From: a virus
DNA length: 64,000 nt
Reading direction: 5' to 3' (one strand)
Virus record (IMG/VR): IMGVR_UViG_3300009408_000003
Span: 56,328-120,327 of that record
The notes below the pieces were generated by a model, which was not told where the DNA came from, did no database searches, and was given only the letters and a program-made list of their open reading frames with translations. Within the stretch, counting starts at the first letter, position 1. Every line of letters starts with the position of its first letter. Position numbers and translations under genes: made by a program. Below, piece by piece: positions 48,264 through 58,411 of the stretch.

Positions 48264-48601
48264 ATTTTTAGTCTTTCCTAACGTCAAACACACGTCCAAT
48301 TTTACTCACGTGGAAGAAACCACGTTAAAGAACCTCTACTTACCTGTCTATGTTATACAAGCGTTGTAAGTACACCGAGTTACAGGATGATAATTTATAC
48401 TCACTATTATATGTTTATCTGCAGTTACATATAATATCCATCCTTGGATAACATCTTTAATATTTTTTATCAAGTACCGACTACCACAATTACGGAAATT
48501 CTCCAGCTCCATGCTGGTGGTTTTTGTTTGGGTACGGATTAAACTATTGATAACCCCAATAATGTTGTGAAAACAAGTTAAAAAACTTATTAACATCAAA
48601 G

Positions 48602-48689
48602 CAGAAGGAGTGGGACTCGAACCCACACGACTGTTACATCAAACTGTTTTCAGGACAGCTACCCTTAGACCGACTTGGTTTACCCTTCT
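48602..48689 (-). tRNA. tRNA-Ser(TGA)
   Basis: CTGT-CCTGAAA-ACAG, long arm, G73. Confidence 0.9.
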
Positions 48690-48819
48690 AAATTACCTAC
48701 CTTATTTTTGGTTTATAATAAGGTAGGATTTTTGTTTTTAATTTCTGTTTTTCTATTTCAATATGTCAAAGAACAATTATACTTTTACATACATTTATAA
48801 TTTATAAACATATGAGAAG

Positions 48820-48897
48820 TGGAGAATATCAGATTCGAACTGATGTGTGTCATACTTTGCAAGAGTATCGCTTACTGCCTGACTGAGCTAATCCCCC
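48820..48897 (-). tRNA. tRNA-Ala(TGC)
   Basis: ATACT-CTTGCAA-AGTAT, G3.U70. Confidence 0.92.
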
Positions 48898-48997
48898 AAA
48901 TTTTACTTGGTAAAGATATGAATAATATTTCAATTATCCAAACTTTTTTTAATCTTTTTTTATTTTAATTCGTAAAAGTATCGAATTGTGTTAAACT

Positions 48998-49029
48998 AAA
49001 AAATCCAATTTCTTTTGGAAACTGGACTT
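48998..49029 (-). terminator. Intrinsic terminator after the 51-aa ORF
   Basis: AAGTCCAGTTTC-CAAAA-GAAATTGGATTT-TTTT. Confidence 0.7.
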
Positions 49030-49060
49030 AAATTATATATGATATGCAATTAATTGCACA

Positions 49061-49216
49061 TCATGTTTTATTTCCAGTTATGTTTATTCGCATTGATAAT
49101 CTATCATAATTAGTCGGTATGCCCTCAACACTAAACGCACACATTGCATTACTAATCGATGTCCACAGCGTATGTAGCTGTTTCAATAAATTCTGAATAT
49201 TTGCGATTATTTTCAT
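49061..49216 (-). CDS. 51-aa ORF, possible leader peptide (not in track)
   Basis: MKIIANIQNLLKQLHTLWTSISNAMCAFSVEGIPTNYDRLSMRINITGNKT*. Confidence 0.5.
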   Translation of the reverse strand: MKIIANIQNLLKQLHTLWTSISNAMCAFSVEGIPTNYDRLSMRINITGNKT

Positions 49217-49691
49217 TTGTTTTGTTTTTACTTGATATATGTGTTATCAATTATTTATATATATATAGAAAAAATAAAAACATAAAGTTTTTTTACTATT
49301 TTTTTCTATTCTTATTTTTTGTCTTACAAAGATACGATAATTATTTTAAGTTTCCTAATATTAAATGTTAAAAAAATGTTAAAATTATATTAATCTAACT
49401 TTGTTATATCATCTAGTTAATTTATCGGTTACGAATAATTTTGGTTACATCTTTATGTACTCCACTTGGTGTAGTTACCGTTGCCCATCTGATTACTCCT
49501 TTGATACCTTTTTTGAATAGTAAACGTAAATCGGATTCTTCAAAATCTTTACTTAGTCTACTTCCGTCTGCATATTGAATAAATAAGTTATACATAATGT
49601 TTAATTGTTTAAAGGTTTAATTTATCATTTTTTACAGCTGTAAATATACGAATAAATAATGGTTAATCCTAATATGTATGTAACTATTTTA

Positions 49692-49740
49692 TAGTGAACT
49701 ACCCATCCACGTAAAAAGCGATGAATGGGTTTTACGCTCA
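49692..49740 (+). mobile_element. Orphan IS200/IS605-like end hairpin
   Basis: TAGTGAACTACCCATCCAC..GCGATGAATGGGTTTTA; resembles IS605-type ends from memory; no tnpA/tnpB nearby. Confidence 0.35.
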
Positions 49741-49954
49741 TTCTATAAATATTAAAAAAATGTCAAAGAAGTGATTTAGAATAATTTAAGTTTATAATAT
49801 TAGTATCATGTAAACGTTGTTTTATCTATTGCTGTATCCTTTATTATATTGTTTGATAGTTTATACTTCAAATTAAAATGAGTTCAATACCCCCCCTCTA
49901 TGAGAGGTATTATACTTTAATTTAATAGGAAGTTTCGTTTCGATTTTAAAAATA

Positions 49955-50155
49955 TTATTTTATTTCTTTTAATGATGGGCCATGCATTGTTTGGTTCAAA
50001 ATTCTGTTTTTCATAGTTGACCAATCTTGAATTTCAATAATATATTTAAATTGTATAATTTGAAAATCTTTATCTTCTCCAATACACTCATAAGTTTTAT
50101 TCCTAAATTTAAATTGGTATTGGTTATGGTTAGAATACTCAAAAAATTTGTGCAT
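49955..50155 (-). CDS. Hypothetical protein
   Basis: 66-aa ORF. Confidence 0.55.
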   Translation of the reverse strand: MHKFFEYSNHNQYQFKFRNKTYECIGEDKDFQIIQFKYIIEIQDWSTMKNRILNQTMHGPSLKEIK

Positions 50156-50161
50156 TATTTA

Positions 50162-50509
50162 TTATTTAAAAAAAGCACGTGCAATTACTATACCAAATAT
50201 AAACCCAGAATCATACCAACCTCCGTTATTACTAATTGCATAAATCGCTATATTATGATAAAATAAACTTAATATCCATGCTACCGGTAATATAAATCCG
50301 TGCCATACCCCACCCCAAAATCCGTAAACATGATTAATACTAGGATCAACTTGAATTCCTACGTTGGATGCACAACTTACTAATAATACTAATAATATTG
50401 CTAAAATAGCTATTCTATATTTTTTCATTTTTTGTTTTTTATATATTTGTTGATAAATGTAGTATATTATTTCCACATTAAATTTTGTATATTTAAATCG
50501 CCTCCCCAA
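50162..50509 (-). CDS. Small membrane lipoprotein (likely start MKKYRIAIL)
   Basis: Lipobox LVSC; YGFWGGVWHG..NNGGWYDSGF. Confidence 0.7.
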   Translation of the reverse strand: MGRRFKYTKFNVEIIYYIYQQIYKKQKMKKYRIAILAILLVLLVSCASNVGIQVDPSINHVYGFWGGVWHGFILPVAWILSLFYHNIAIYAISNNGGWYDSGFIFGIVIARAFFK

Positions 50510-50543
50510 TGTTCTATTAATAATTCTCCAAGCATTCCCATAA

Positions 50544-50789
50544 TTATTTATTTAAATTAATTCTGTTCGCAAACCAATTATCAAAATTTTTATCAAACAA
50601 TGATTCTATTGAATTTTTGTTTTTTCCAATAGCTATATTTTTCTGGGTATTAATAACCCATAATCCAGCATCAAACGCTACTTGTCGAATTTCAGGTAAT
50701 GTCATTAATGTTAGTTTTCGAATTGGTTCATTTGGGTTTATTTCGCCTGATTCTACCAGTTCTTCATATTTTGTTTTACTATCACTCAT
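50544..50789 (-). CDS. Hypothetical protein
   Basis: 81-aa ORF. Confidence 0.6.
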   Translation of the reverse strand: MSDSKTKYEELVESGEINPNEPIRKLTLMTLPEIRQVAFDAGLWVINTQKNIAIGKNKNSIESLFDKNFDNWFANRINLNK

Positions 50790-50982
50790 ACTGCTTTTAT
50801 TATTTTAGTTTTGTATTATTATTCTATATGCTATTTGATATATTTCAATTTTAAAATCGTTACTGTAATATAAATATAAACCTAAATATTTCTTAGCAAA
50901 ATTATTAACTTCATTGCGCAATCCATATGCTGATGCTTCAGTTAAAATTTCTTCTATTTGTTGTAAGGTATTCATTATTTTT

Positions 50983-51234
50983 TTATAATAAAAATGGTTC
51001 TGTATAGTGATACATTACATCTTCTGCAATCCAAGTTCGTAAACATATTCTGAACCCACTGTCTGATTTAAGTTCTACATGAGTAGTGTTTATCCACACT
51101 ACGGTCATTGCACTTCCATCATCAATACCAAGAGTTTCAGACAATCCATATATTGTAACTGTTTGTCCAGTTGTACTGTATATATCTTTTATTTTACGTC
51201 TCATTATAATTATTTTTACATAGTAAATATACAA
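50983..51234 (-). CDS. Hypothetical protein (likely start MRRKIK)
   Basis: ORF track; follows promoter 51223. Confidence 0.55.
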   Translation of the reverse strand: MYIYYVKIIIMRRKIKDIYSTTGQTVTIYGLSETLGIDDGSAMTVVWINTTHVELKSDSGFRICLRTWIAEDVMYHYTEPFLL

Positions 51235-51277
51235 AAAATAATTGATATATCCTAATTAAAGTTTATTTATTTTATAT

Positions 51278-51319
51278 AAAAACCCCGCCAGACGAGGATA
51301 TGGTTCGTGGCGGGGGGTT
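51278..51319 (-). terminator. Intrinsic terminator
   Basis: CCCCGCCA/TGGCGGGG stem with T tract. Confidence 0.75.
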
Positions 51320-51399
51320 CAGACTGAACTTTTGTTTCTAGGAAGACTGGCAATAATTATCCTCTGTTATTTGAGAAGAATACTCAAACTATACTATAT

Positions 51400-51703
51400 T
51401 TATTTTACATCTTTTCGAATAAGTAATTCTACTCGCCTTGCAATACCAAAAACATCTTTCTTAGCTCTCATACTATCTTTTCCTTTAGATTCAAATGTAA
51501 TGCGGTTAGGATTAATGCCCATATCAATTAGAAATGTTTTTAATGCTTGAGTTCTTCGTTCTGATAATTTTTGGTTATATACGTCAGAAGTAGATTTTGT
51601 AGCAGATGCATATCCTATAATTATTATTCGTTTATCTTTATCTATATCAAGTGCATGATATTAGAGATAATATCATTAATAAAAGTAAAATTATTTTTTT
51701 CAT
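51400..51703 (-). pseudogene. OmpA-family lipoprotein with internal deletion/frameshift (not in track)
   Basis: MKKIILLLLMILSLISCT* joined out of frame to IIIIGYASATKSTSDVYNQKLSERRTQAL..GIARRVELL. Confidence 0.75.
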
Positions 51704-51840
51704 TTTGCTATTTTTCATTAATACTGCGTATAAATCTCCCCCCGCAGCAATTAGGGATTACTGCTTAAAATTGTTTATATTATTTTTGTTATACAAATAT
51801 ACGAAAAATATTTGATATATCCTAATTTTTTTTTGATTTT

Positions 51841-52878
51841 TTAATTGTTTAATGGAGCAACAATAGTATCATGGGACATATAATCATTCAATTTAATATC
51901 AAATAATTTAGAATATATTCCATCTTGTATTGTAACTGTTGGTAAGTTAAAAGGACTACGAGTAATTTGTTTTTTTGCTTGTTCAATATGATTAGAATAT
52001 AAATGGGTATCTCCCAAATTACCAATGAGTTCAACTGGTATCATGTTAACTTCATCTGCCAACATTAATAATAATAATCCATAAGATGCAATATTAAATG
52101 GTAATCCTAAAAATGTATCGCAACTTCGTTGATTCCACATTAAAGAAATTTCTCGTTTTGGAATACCTTCTTTATCAATTTGACGCTCTATTCTATCATG
52201 ATTTAATCCTAATTCACTCTTACCCAATTTTTTATATTTATTTCTTAATATATTATATCGTTCTGAATATTCTAATTCTCTTGTATAAACTTGAAATCCA
52301 TAGTGACAAGGTGGCAATAGCATATTGTGAAGTTCGCCGACATTCCATGCATTGACCATCATTCTACGCGAATCTGGATTAGTTTTTAAGGTATAAATTA
52401 AGTTTTGAATTTGATCTATTCCAGGCGTTACTTTATTAACTGTTTTTAAAATATTATTATATTCGGTTCGTTCACCCCACCTTCTCCATTGTGCACCATA
52501 AATTGGGCCTAATGTAAACATTGTATCATGAAACTTATGATTTTTTGTTTTAACTTTTTCTTTTATTTCTTTTAAACTGTATGGTGATGAGCACGTAGTT
52601 TTATAATGTTTATACCAATCGCCATCCCAAATTTTAACATTGCTTCTCCACAAATCTCGTATGTCAGTACTACCACTTAAAAACCAAAGTAATTCTAAAA
52701 CTATAACTTTAAAGGGCATCTTTTTTGTTGTTAATAATGGAAATCCATCTTTCATGTTATGTCGTATTTGTCTACCAAATACGGAAATAGTTCCTGTATC
52801 AGTTCTATCTTTTTTTATTGTACCGTTATCGATAATATCTTTTAAAAGTTTTTGATATTGTGTATCTAATTTGTTCAT
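51841..52878 (-). CDS. thyA: Thymidylate synthase
   Basis: DRTDTGT, FPLLTTKK, LGPIYGAQWR, LLPPCH, NQRSCDTFLGLPFN. Confidence 0.97.
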   Translation of the reverse strand: MNKLDTQYQKLLKDIIDNGTIKKDRTDTGTISVFGRQIRHNMKDGFPLLTTKKMPFKVIVLELLWFLSGSTDIRDLWRSNVKIWDGDWYKHYKTTCSSPYSLKEIKEKVKTKNHKFHDTMFTLGPIYGAQWRRWGERTEYNNILKTVNKVTPGIDQIQNLIYTLKTNPDSRRMMVNAWNVGELHNMLLPPCHYGFQVYTRELEYSERYNILRNKYKKLGKSELGLNHDRIERQIDKEGIPKREISLMWNQRSCDTFLGLPFNIASYGLLLLMLADEVNMIPVELIGNLGDTHLYSNHIEQAKKQITRSPFNLPTVTIQDGIYSKLFDIKLNDYMSHDTIVAPLNN

Positions 52879-52961
52879 ATTTACTTAGGAAAATTTAATG
52901 TATTTTTTATTTCTAATAAAGATGCAAACCCCCACTGCAGTTAAAGAGAGAATTTTAATTG

Positions 52962-53186
52962 TTATTCCCAGATTATAGCTTCTTCTATTTTTTTAAATTT
53001 ATTAAATTCATCAATCGATACTTTACATTTGCCTGTATGTATAATATTATTTGTATCATAATTATTTATATTAATAAGAACAAATTTATATTTAACCCCA
53101 TAAAAATCAGTAGTAGTATTTAATATTTTGCACGTTGCTATATTTGGTTTGTATCTTTGCAAAAATTTTAACATTAATTTATTCAT
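52962..53186 (-). CDS. Hypothetical protein
   Basis: 74-aa ORF. Confidence 0.55.
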   Translation of the reverse strand: MNKLMLKFLQRYKPNIATCKILNTTTDFYGVKYKFVLININNYDTNNIIHTGKCKVSIDEFNKFKKIEEAIIWE

Positions 53187-53192
53187 AGTATT

Positions 53193-53504
53193 TTATTTAC
53201 AAGTTGTAGTAAAAATAGGAGTGCGTTTCCAATTACCGTATATTTTATTACTACATAAAATATTCTTAATGAATTTTTTGCATTCTTCTGCAGTTTTCCA
53301 AGTTGTATAACTATTGTATGACACACACATACCACCTTCAAGATGTGTAATATATTTCCAATAATTAAAAAAATATAGAAAACGTTTTTTATATTTAATA
53401 GTATAATATTTATCGCCTTGTTTACCATATCTATCAAAGAATACATTTTGTACAATTACATATTTTATTTTTTTATCCATTTTTAATAGGTTATAAAGAT
53501 TCAT
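53193..53504 (-). CDS. Hypothetical protein
   Basis: 103-aa ORF. Confidence 0.6.
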   Translation of the reverse strand: MNLYNLLKMDKKIKYVIVQNVFFDRYGKQGDKYYTIKYKKRFLYFFNYWKYITHLEGGMCVSYNSYTTWKTAEECKKFIKNILCSNKIYGNWKRTPIFTTTCK

Positions 53505-53751
53505 TTAAAATATATTCTCCACTTTTAAGTTTGGCTTCCGTTTCACGTTTAGTTTCAGCTAAAAAACTATTACGATATTTTCCAGTCGTTCTACTGTAAT
53601 CCCAATTACAACCTAGTTGTGTTTTACCTGTTCTTGGTATAAATACAATTGTACTATCATATGATTGAAATCTAATTCCGTCATTGCTTCGTATAATAAA
53701 TTGATTTGGTACACTATTACCTCTTGATGATATCATGTTTTCTACTTTCAT
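53491..53751 (-). CDS. Hypothetical phage protein
   Basis: 86 aa; NQFII..FQSYDS..WDYSRTTGKYRN. Confidence 0.7.
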   Translation of the reverse strand: MKVENMISSRGNSVPNQFIIRSNDGIRFQSYDSTIVFIPRTGKTQLGCNWDYSRTTGKYRNSFLAETKRETEAKLKSGEYILNESL

Positions 53752-53782
53752 TACTTTTAAATTTTAAAATTATTATTCTTTT

Positions 53783-54586
53783 TTATTTCCAAATTATAGT
53801 TGGACAACTTTTATTATATAAACTTTTTATCATAGAAACAGTCATTTGAATTATTCTCCAAATTACTGTACTGAACATTTTGATATATTTCCATATTACT
53901 ATTATTGCTTTATGAAACCAACTATTTGGTAAAAAGTTAATACTAACTGTACCTATACCATATCCAATACCTACTGACAATATTGCTATCAGTATGAATA
54001 TAACTACATATTTCATAAAATGTGTAAATTCATCCCAAGTAAATAAGTGGAGAAATATATACAATACACTTCCTGACAAATATAAAAATAATAGTACAAT
54101 TAAACATGCTAGTATTATACCAACTTTTCCATATATAACTTTATCTATCTTAGTTTGTATTTTTAAAGAACGTTTTCTTTTTTTATTTTGTAATTGAACT
54201 AGATATGTTCTATAACTATTAAAAATTTTATTAGTTATTTTATATGAATTAGCTAAAACCCATCTATACTTTTTATAATATTTTGATAAATACAAGTTAT
54301 AATATTCTTCATCTGTTTTTGCATTATTAATTTTTTCTAGTATTAATGCAATATGTTTTTCTGCAGAACGTTGATCCATAGCATCAATATAGGTTTCTAT
54401 TAACTTTGCTATTGGAGTTACCAACTTAATTAAAATAATAAACGGTAAGATAATAATACTTCCAATATATTGCCAATAATAAGGACACGCCGTTTTATAA
54501 TAAGTAGGAGCATATATTCCCCACATCCATTTGAAGAATTTTACGTGTAATGAATCCTTAGTTAAATTCCATAATTTTTTAGACAT
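53783..54586 (-). CDS. Hypothetical membrane protein
   Basis: 267 aa, several TM helices. Confidence 0.7.
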   Translation of the reverse strand: MSKKLWNLTKDSLHVKFFKWMWGIYAPTYYKTACPYYWQYIGSIIILPFIILIKLVTPIAKLIETYIDAMDQRSAEKHIALILEKINNAKTDEEYYNLYLSKYYKKYRWVLANSYKITNKIFNSYRTYLVQLQNKKRKRSLKIQTKIDKVIYGKVGIILACLIVLLFLYLSGSVLYIFLHLFTWDEFTHFMKYVVIFILIAILSVGIGYGIGTVSINFLPNSWFHKAIIVIWKYIKMFSTVIWRIIQMTVSMIKSLYNKSCPTIIWK

Positions 54587-54602
54587 AATGTTTTGTTTTT
54601 AA

Positions 54603-54914
54603 TTAGTGTTTAGTTGTTGTTTTTAATTGTGTAATTTCTTTTTTCATTTTATCAAATCCAATTTTCTGTAAATGATATATTAATCCCAGTATTGCAATTG
54701 TCGTATCTGGTGGAGTATCCTCCATGATTACATTTAAACAAACTTTAATTTCATTTTTTGTTAATTTATAACCAGTTTTATATAAATCATAAGCAATATC
54801 AAATCCTTTAGATGTAATATTATATCCACCGCCTGCAATCAGTCCAAATTCTGTTAACATTCCTAAGTAGAATATAGTTAGTAATGATGCGTATTCTTTG
54901 TTTGTTAATTCCAT
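54603..54914 (-). CDS. Hypothetical protein
   Basis: 103-aa ORF. Confidence 0.65.
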   Translation of the reverse strand: MELTNKEYASLLTIFYLGMLTEFGLIAGGGYNITSKGFDIAYDLYKTGYKLTKNEIKVCLNVIMEDTPPDTTIAILGLIYHLQKIGFDKMKKEITQLKTTTKH

Positions 54915-55214
54915 TTTTTATTTTTGTTTCACAAATCTGTTCTAATCTTGCGACTCTAATTGCAACTCGCATAGAACCAAATTTAAGTTCTTTAATAGTT
55001 TTATATATTGTTGTGTAAAACTCAATATGTTTTTTTATTTCTTCTGGTATGCTAAATTAGTATTAGTTATAAGCATATCCCATGCTTGCTCATCAAATTC
55101 CTTTATATGGTCTAATACATACTCTTGAAATATATCAGTACCTGATTCATCGTATTCTGATTTTCTCATTAAATCAACCATTTCTACTTTACTGTCCCAA
55201 TCCATTATTTTATC

Positions 55215-55508
55215 TTAATTTGTTTTTGATTTATCTAATACATTTACTAAATACCAATTACGTATTCTTTGTAATGTTGCTCTATCATCATCAGTATATT
55301 CTTTTGTTCGTATCACTCTGCGTAATAACGATAATGTTGCAGTATCGTGTAATTTTATGGATGAAAGTTTAGTTCCCCATTTATCTAATAAGTTTCGAAT
55401 AAAATTTTCTTGTGCCCATGATAACTCATAATAATAAATAACATTATCCAACAACCCAGTCGTAACATCGTAGTATTTATCTAATCGTTTTATAGTTGGC
55501 TTTTGCAT
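55215..55508 (-). CDS. Hypothetical protein
   Basis: 97-aa ORF. Confidence 0.6.
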   Translation of the reverse strand: MQKPTIKRLDKYYDVTTGLLDNVIYYYELSWAQENFIRNLLDKWGTKLSSIKLHDTATLSLLRRVIRTKEYTDDDRATLQRIRNWYLVNVLDKSKTN

Positions 55509-55532
55509 ACTGATTATTTCTTAATAGTTGAA

Positions 55533-56003
55533 TTATATATGGGTTAACTTAAATCTAAGTTTATGTTCTTTTGTTCCATACGGTGCTTCATTTATTACAC
55601 GTGTATAAGAGGTATACATAATTAATATTGTACCATGCTCACTTTTATCTGGCACTTTATAAACAAAAGAATCTGTCATACCATCAAAATGGCCAGAACG
55701 TAATGTAATTACAAATTTTTCAATAGTTTCAAATATTTTTGGGTCAACCGTAGTACCGTTTTTATTCGATAAATACACATCTATTGATGACCCACCACTA
55801 AATGATTCAGAACGCACCCATATTTTAAATTTTGGAGATTTACCATATTTAAATTTAACAAATTGTCTAATCATTTTAGACGCTTGAATACGATTAATTC
55901 CTATATTATTTACTTCGCCATTTTTATTTAAATTAACTGTTGGATTAATTAAAAAATTATATCCATAATATTGTACTTTAGCTGGTGTTGGATTTTTCAT
56001 CAT
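55533..56003 (-). CDS. Hypothetical protein, LPD29-like
   Basis: FKIWVRSESFSGGSSIDV..FDGMTD. Confidence 0.55.
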   Translation of the reverse strand: MMKNPTPAKVQYYGYNFLINPTVNLNKNGEVNNIGINRIQASKMIRQFVKFKYGKSPKFKIWVRSESFSGGSSIDVYLSNKNGTTVDPKIFETIEKFVITLRSGHFDGMTDSFVYKVPDKSEHGTILIMYTSYTRVINEAPYGTKEHKLRFKLTHI

Positions 56004-56234
56004 TTATATAGTGGGAATTGTTATTACTTTTGGAAATACTAATTCTTCTACCTTTATATTTACCTTTAATTTACTCCATAATTTTAAAATATCATCATGT
56101 TTATATCCATCGTTTTCTAATATTTTATAAAAAGTTTTTCTAATTTGTAACGATAATACGCCGGTGATAGTACAATCTAATCTATCATTTTTTTTAATAG
56201 AGTCATACAAAAAATTTAATTTATATATTTTCAT
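56004..56234 (-). CDS. Hypothetical protein
   Basis: 76-aa ORF. Confidence 0.55.
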   Translation of the reverse strand: MKIYKLNFLYDSIKKNDRLDCTITGVLSLQIRKTFYKILENDGYKHDDILKLWSKLKVNIKVEELVFPKVITIPTI

Positions 56235-56385
56235 GAAAAATGCTATTTTTTAATAAAAATTTATTGAACCTTTTATTAATTATTATATACAAATATACAA
56301 AAAAAATATGATAAATCCTAATCTTTAACTATTTATTTTTATCAATGAATTTAAATTATATATTTTCATATTAATTTCGTGTAAA

Positions 56386-56640
56386 TTACCATTGTATTTC
56401 AGACCCCATTCCCAATGCCATTAATTCTTTATTAGTTTTAATTCTGCCTGTATCGATTAATCTATTAGCTATTATTAAATCAATAGTCATAATAGCTTTT
56501 TCAATATTAACATATTTTTTATTTAGCATCATTTTCATTTTTTTTGTAGTATATGTAACTACAACCATATCTGGAAAATTTGGTAATACGGGCGAAGATG
56601 ATAAATACACTCCTTTATATTTTGTTGGTTTATGCAGCAT
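56386..56640 (-). CDS. Hypothetical protein
   Basis: 84-aa ORF. Confidence 0.6.
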   Translation of the reverse strand: MLHKPTKYKGVYLSSSPVLPNFPDMVVVTYTTKKMKMMLNKKYVNIEKAIMTIDLIIANRLIDTGRIKTNKELMALGMGSEIQW

Positions 56641-56675
56641 TTTTTTTATTTATATAATGATTAAATGACATAATA

Positions 56676-56969
56676 TTATTCTTGTGGGGTTTTATATAAC
56701 CATACGTATCTTAAATTATTAAGATAGTTAGAGTCTAGTGGTCGTTTATAACAGTTTTCACTTAATATAATTTTTATAAATCGCACAATATCTTTATATT
56801 CCCAACATCGGCCTTCTTTGATTAATCTATTGGTCGATGATGACATATTATTAATACGACTTAATAATAGCGGGTTACCATTTAAATCTCTTGGTAATGT
56901 TTTCGAAAGGTTACTCCTTAATACAGTTGTAAGAAACTTACGTTGTTTATCTGTTAATATAGTTTTCAT
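56676..56969 (-). CDS. Hypothetical protein
   Basis: 97-aa ORF. Confidence 0.55.
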   Translation of the reverse strand: MKTILTDKQRKFLTTVLRSNLSKTLPRDLNGNPLLLSRINNMSSSTNRLIKEGRCWEYKDIVRFIKIILSENCYKRPLDSNYLNNLRYVWLYKTPQE

Positions 56970-57226
56970 TATTTTTCAGTATGTTTCCAACCTAATTTTA
57001 AATCTCTTATGTGAGTAAGAGCTGAAGTGTAATTTTTATAATTCTTCCAATCATCATTACAATTATAAACAACTCTGACACATTTATATTCTATGGTGGG
57101 TTCTGAGTCAGAAGCGAAATCAGGTATCTCTTTTATGAGTCCGTTCTCCCATTCAGCTTCTCCATAATGTTCAGGTTGATAATGTACTTTTTGTCCTATT
57201 TTTAAGACTGATGCTTCTTTAATCAT
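56969..57226 (-). CDS. Hypothetical SH3-like protein
   Basis: 85 aa; LKIGQKVHYQP..WENG..VRVVYNC. Confidence 0.65.
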   Translation of the reverse strand: MIKEASVLKIGQKVHYQPEHYGEAEWENGLIKEIPDFASDSEPTIEYKCVRVVYNCNDDWKNYKNYTSALTHIRDLKLGWKHTEK

Positions 57227-57327
57227 CTTTTAATAATTTTAATGTTTCTTTAATTGTAATACAATATAGTTAAACTTATTTATAAAACCAAATAAAAAAC
57301 TAATTATTTTTTAATCTTAGATTTTAT

Positions 57328-57579
57328 TTAAAACTTATTAATCTCTACTATTTTTATTTCGCAATTTAGATATTCTTTAAGTCCCTCTATTGTTCTACCT
57401 CGTAAACCTATTAATAATCCAGGCCTGCGTAAATGTACAGTTAATAGATTTTTATTTTCATTAAAATCTAGTTTACATACCCCCATTTCGTAAGTAGAAG
57501 CTACATTTTCTTGAGCAGGTATCGAATAACATCCATCAAAAAAAATTTCAAATAAAGATTTAATTCTTTTTGCTTTCAT
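57328..57579 (-). CDS. Stand-alone KH-domain protein (ribosomal protein S3 KH-like)
   Basis: LTVHLRRPGLLIGLRGRTIEGLKEYL (GxxG KH loop). Confidence 0.75.
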   Translation of the reverse strand: MKAKRIKSLFEIFFDGCYSIPAQENVASTYEMGVCKLDFNENKNLLTVHLRRPGLLIGLRGRTIEGLKEYLNCEIKIVEINKF

Positions 57580-57679
57580 AAATTTAATTAGTTTAATTAT
57601 TATATTGCAAATATACTAAAATGGTTTGAGTTATCCTAATTTTGTTGGAATTAATTATAGAAGTTCTCTGTATATAACA

Positions 57680-58411
57680 TTAGAGTACTCTTTTACAAGC
57701 AATTTTATAATATTTAGAAAGATTTTCCATCATAATAAAATTTCTATTGAGATTTTTTGCACCAAGACCAGTTGTTCCACTTCCGCATGCGTTATCTAAT
57801 ATCAAATCTCCCTCGTTAGTATATGTTTTAATCATGTACTCAATTAAAGCTAATGGTTTTTGTGTTGGATGCAAACAACTTTTTTGTTTATCACTAGCGA
57901 ATGTTATTACACTTCTAGGATATCTATCAGTTTCGCCACCGCCACTTATTTCTCGTTTCATAGTGCCGTATATCTCTGTATTATTTTGAGTCTTAATATA
58001 TTTTGTGTAACTATTTATTGGTTTATGACCAAATGTTTTTTGAGGATTATAGGTAGGTAATTTTTTGTAAAATACCAAAATATTTTCATGAGCTTTCATT
58101 GGCATTTTCTTTGCATTTAAATGACCTGTAGCTTGAGTTTTTTCCCAAATCCATTCATATCTCAAAAGTTTTAAATTACTTGCTCCGAGTACTTTATCAA
58201 ATGGTGTTTGTGAAAACAAAACTATTGCGCCATTATTTTTAATTATCCTTTCGTACTCGTTCCATAATTTAGGTAAATCGATTATACTATCCCATTTACA
58301 TTTTGTAGTACCGTATGGTAAATCACTAAAAATCATATCAATACTTTTATCTTCAATAAATGCTGGTATTAATTCAAGACAATCCCCGTTATATATTTTA
58401 TTTATTTTCAT
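57680..58411 (-). CDS. N4/N6 DNA methyltransferase (beta class)
   Basis: SDLPYG, HPTQKPLAL, LDNACGSGTT. Confidence 0.93.
   Translation of the reverse strand: MKINKIYNGDCLELIPAFIEDKSIDMIFSDLPYGTTKCKWDSIIDLPKLWNEYERIIKNNGAIVLFSQTPFDKVLGASNLKLLRYEWIWEKTQATGHLNAKKMPMKAHENILVFYKKLPTYNPQKTFGHKPINSYTKYIKTQNNTEIYGTMKREISGGGETDRYPRSVITFASDKQKSCLHPTQKPLALIEYMIKTYTNEGDLILDNACGSGTTGLGAKNLNRNFIMMENLSKYYKIACKRVL

Noticed and set aside
36960-49250. RNase P RNA or rRNA fragments in the RNA island
   Set aside because: I found no GAGGAAAGUCC-type P4 motif or rRNA-like conserved sequence by eye.
51841-52878. Intron or intein in thyA
   Set aside because: The ORF is continuous with all motifs; the extra segments are short insertions without splicing signatures.
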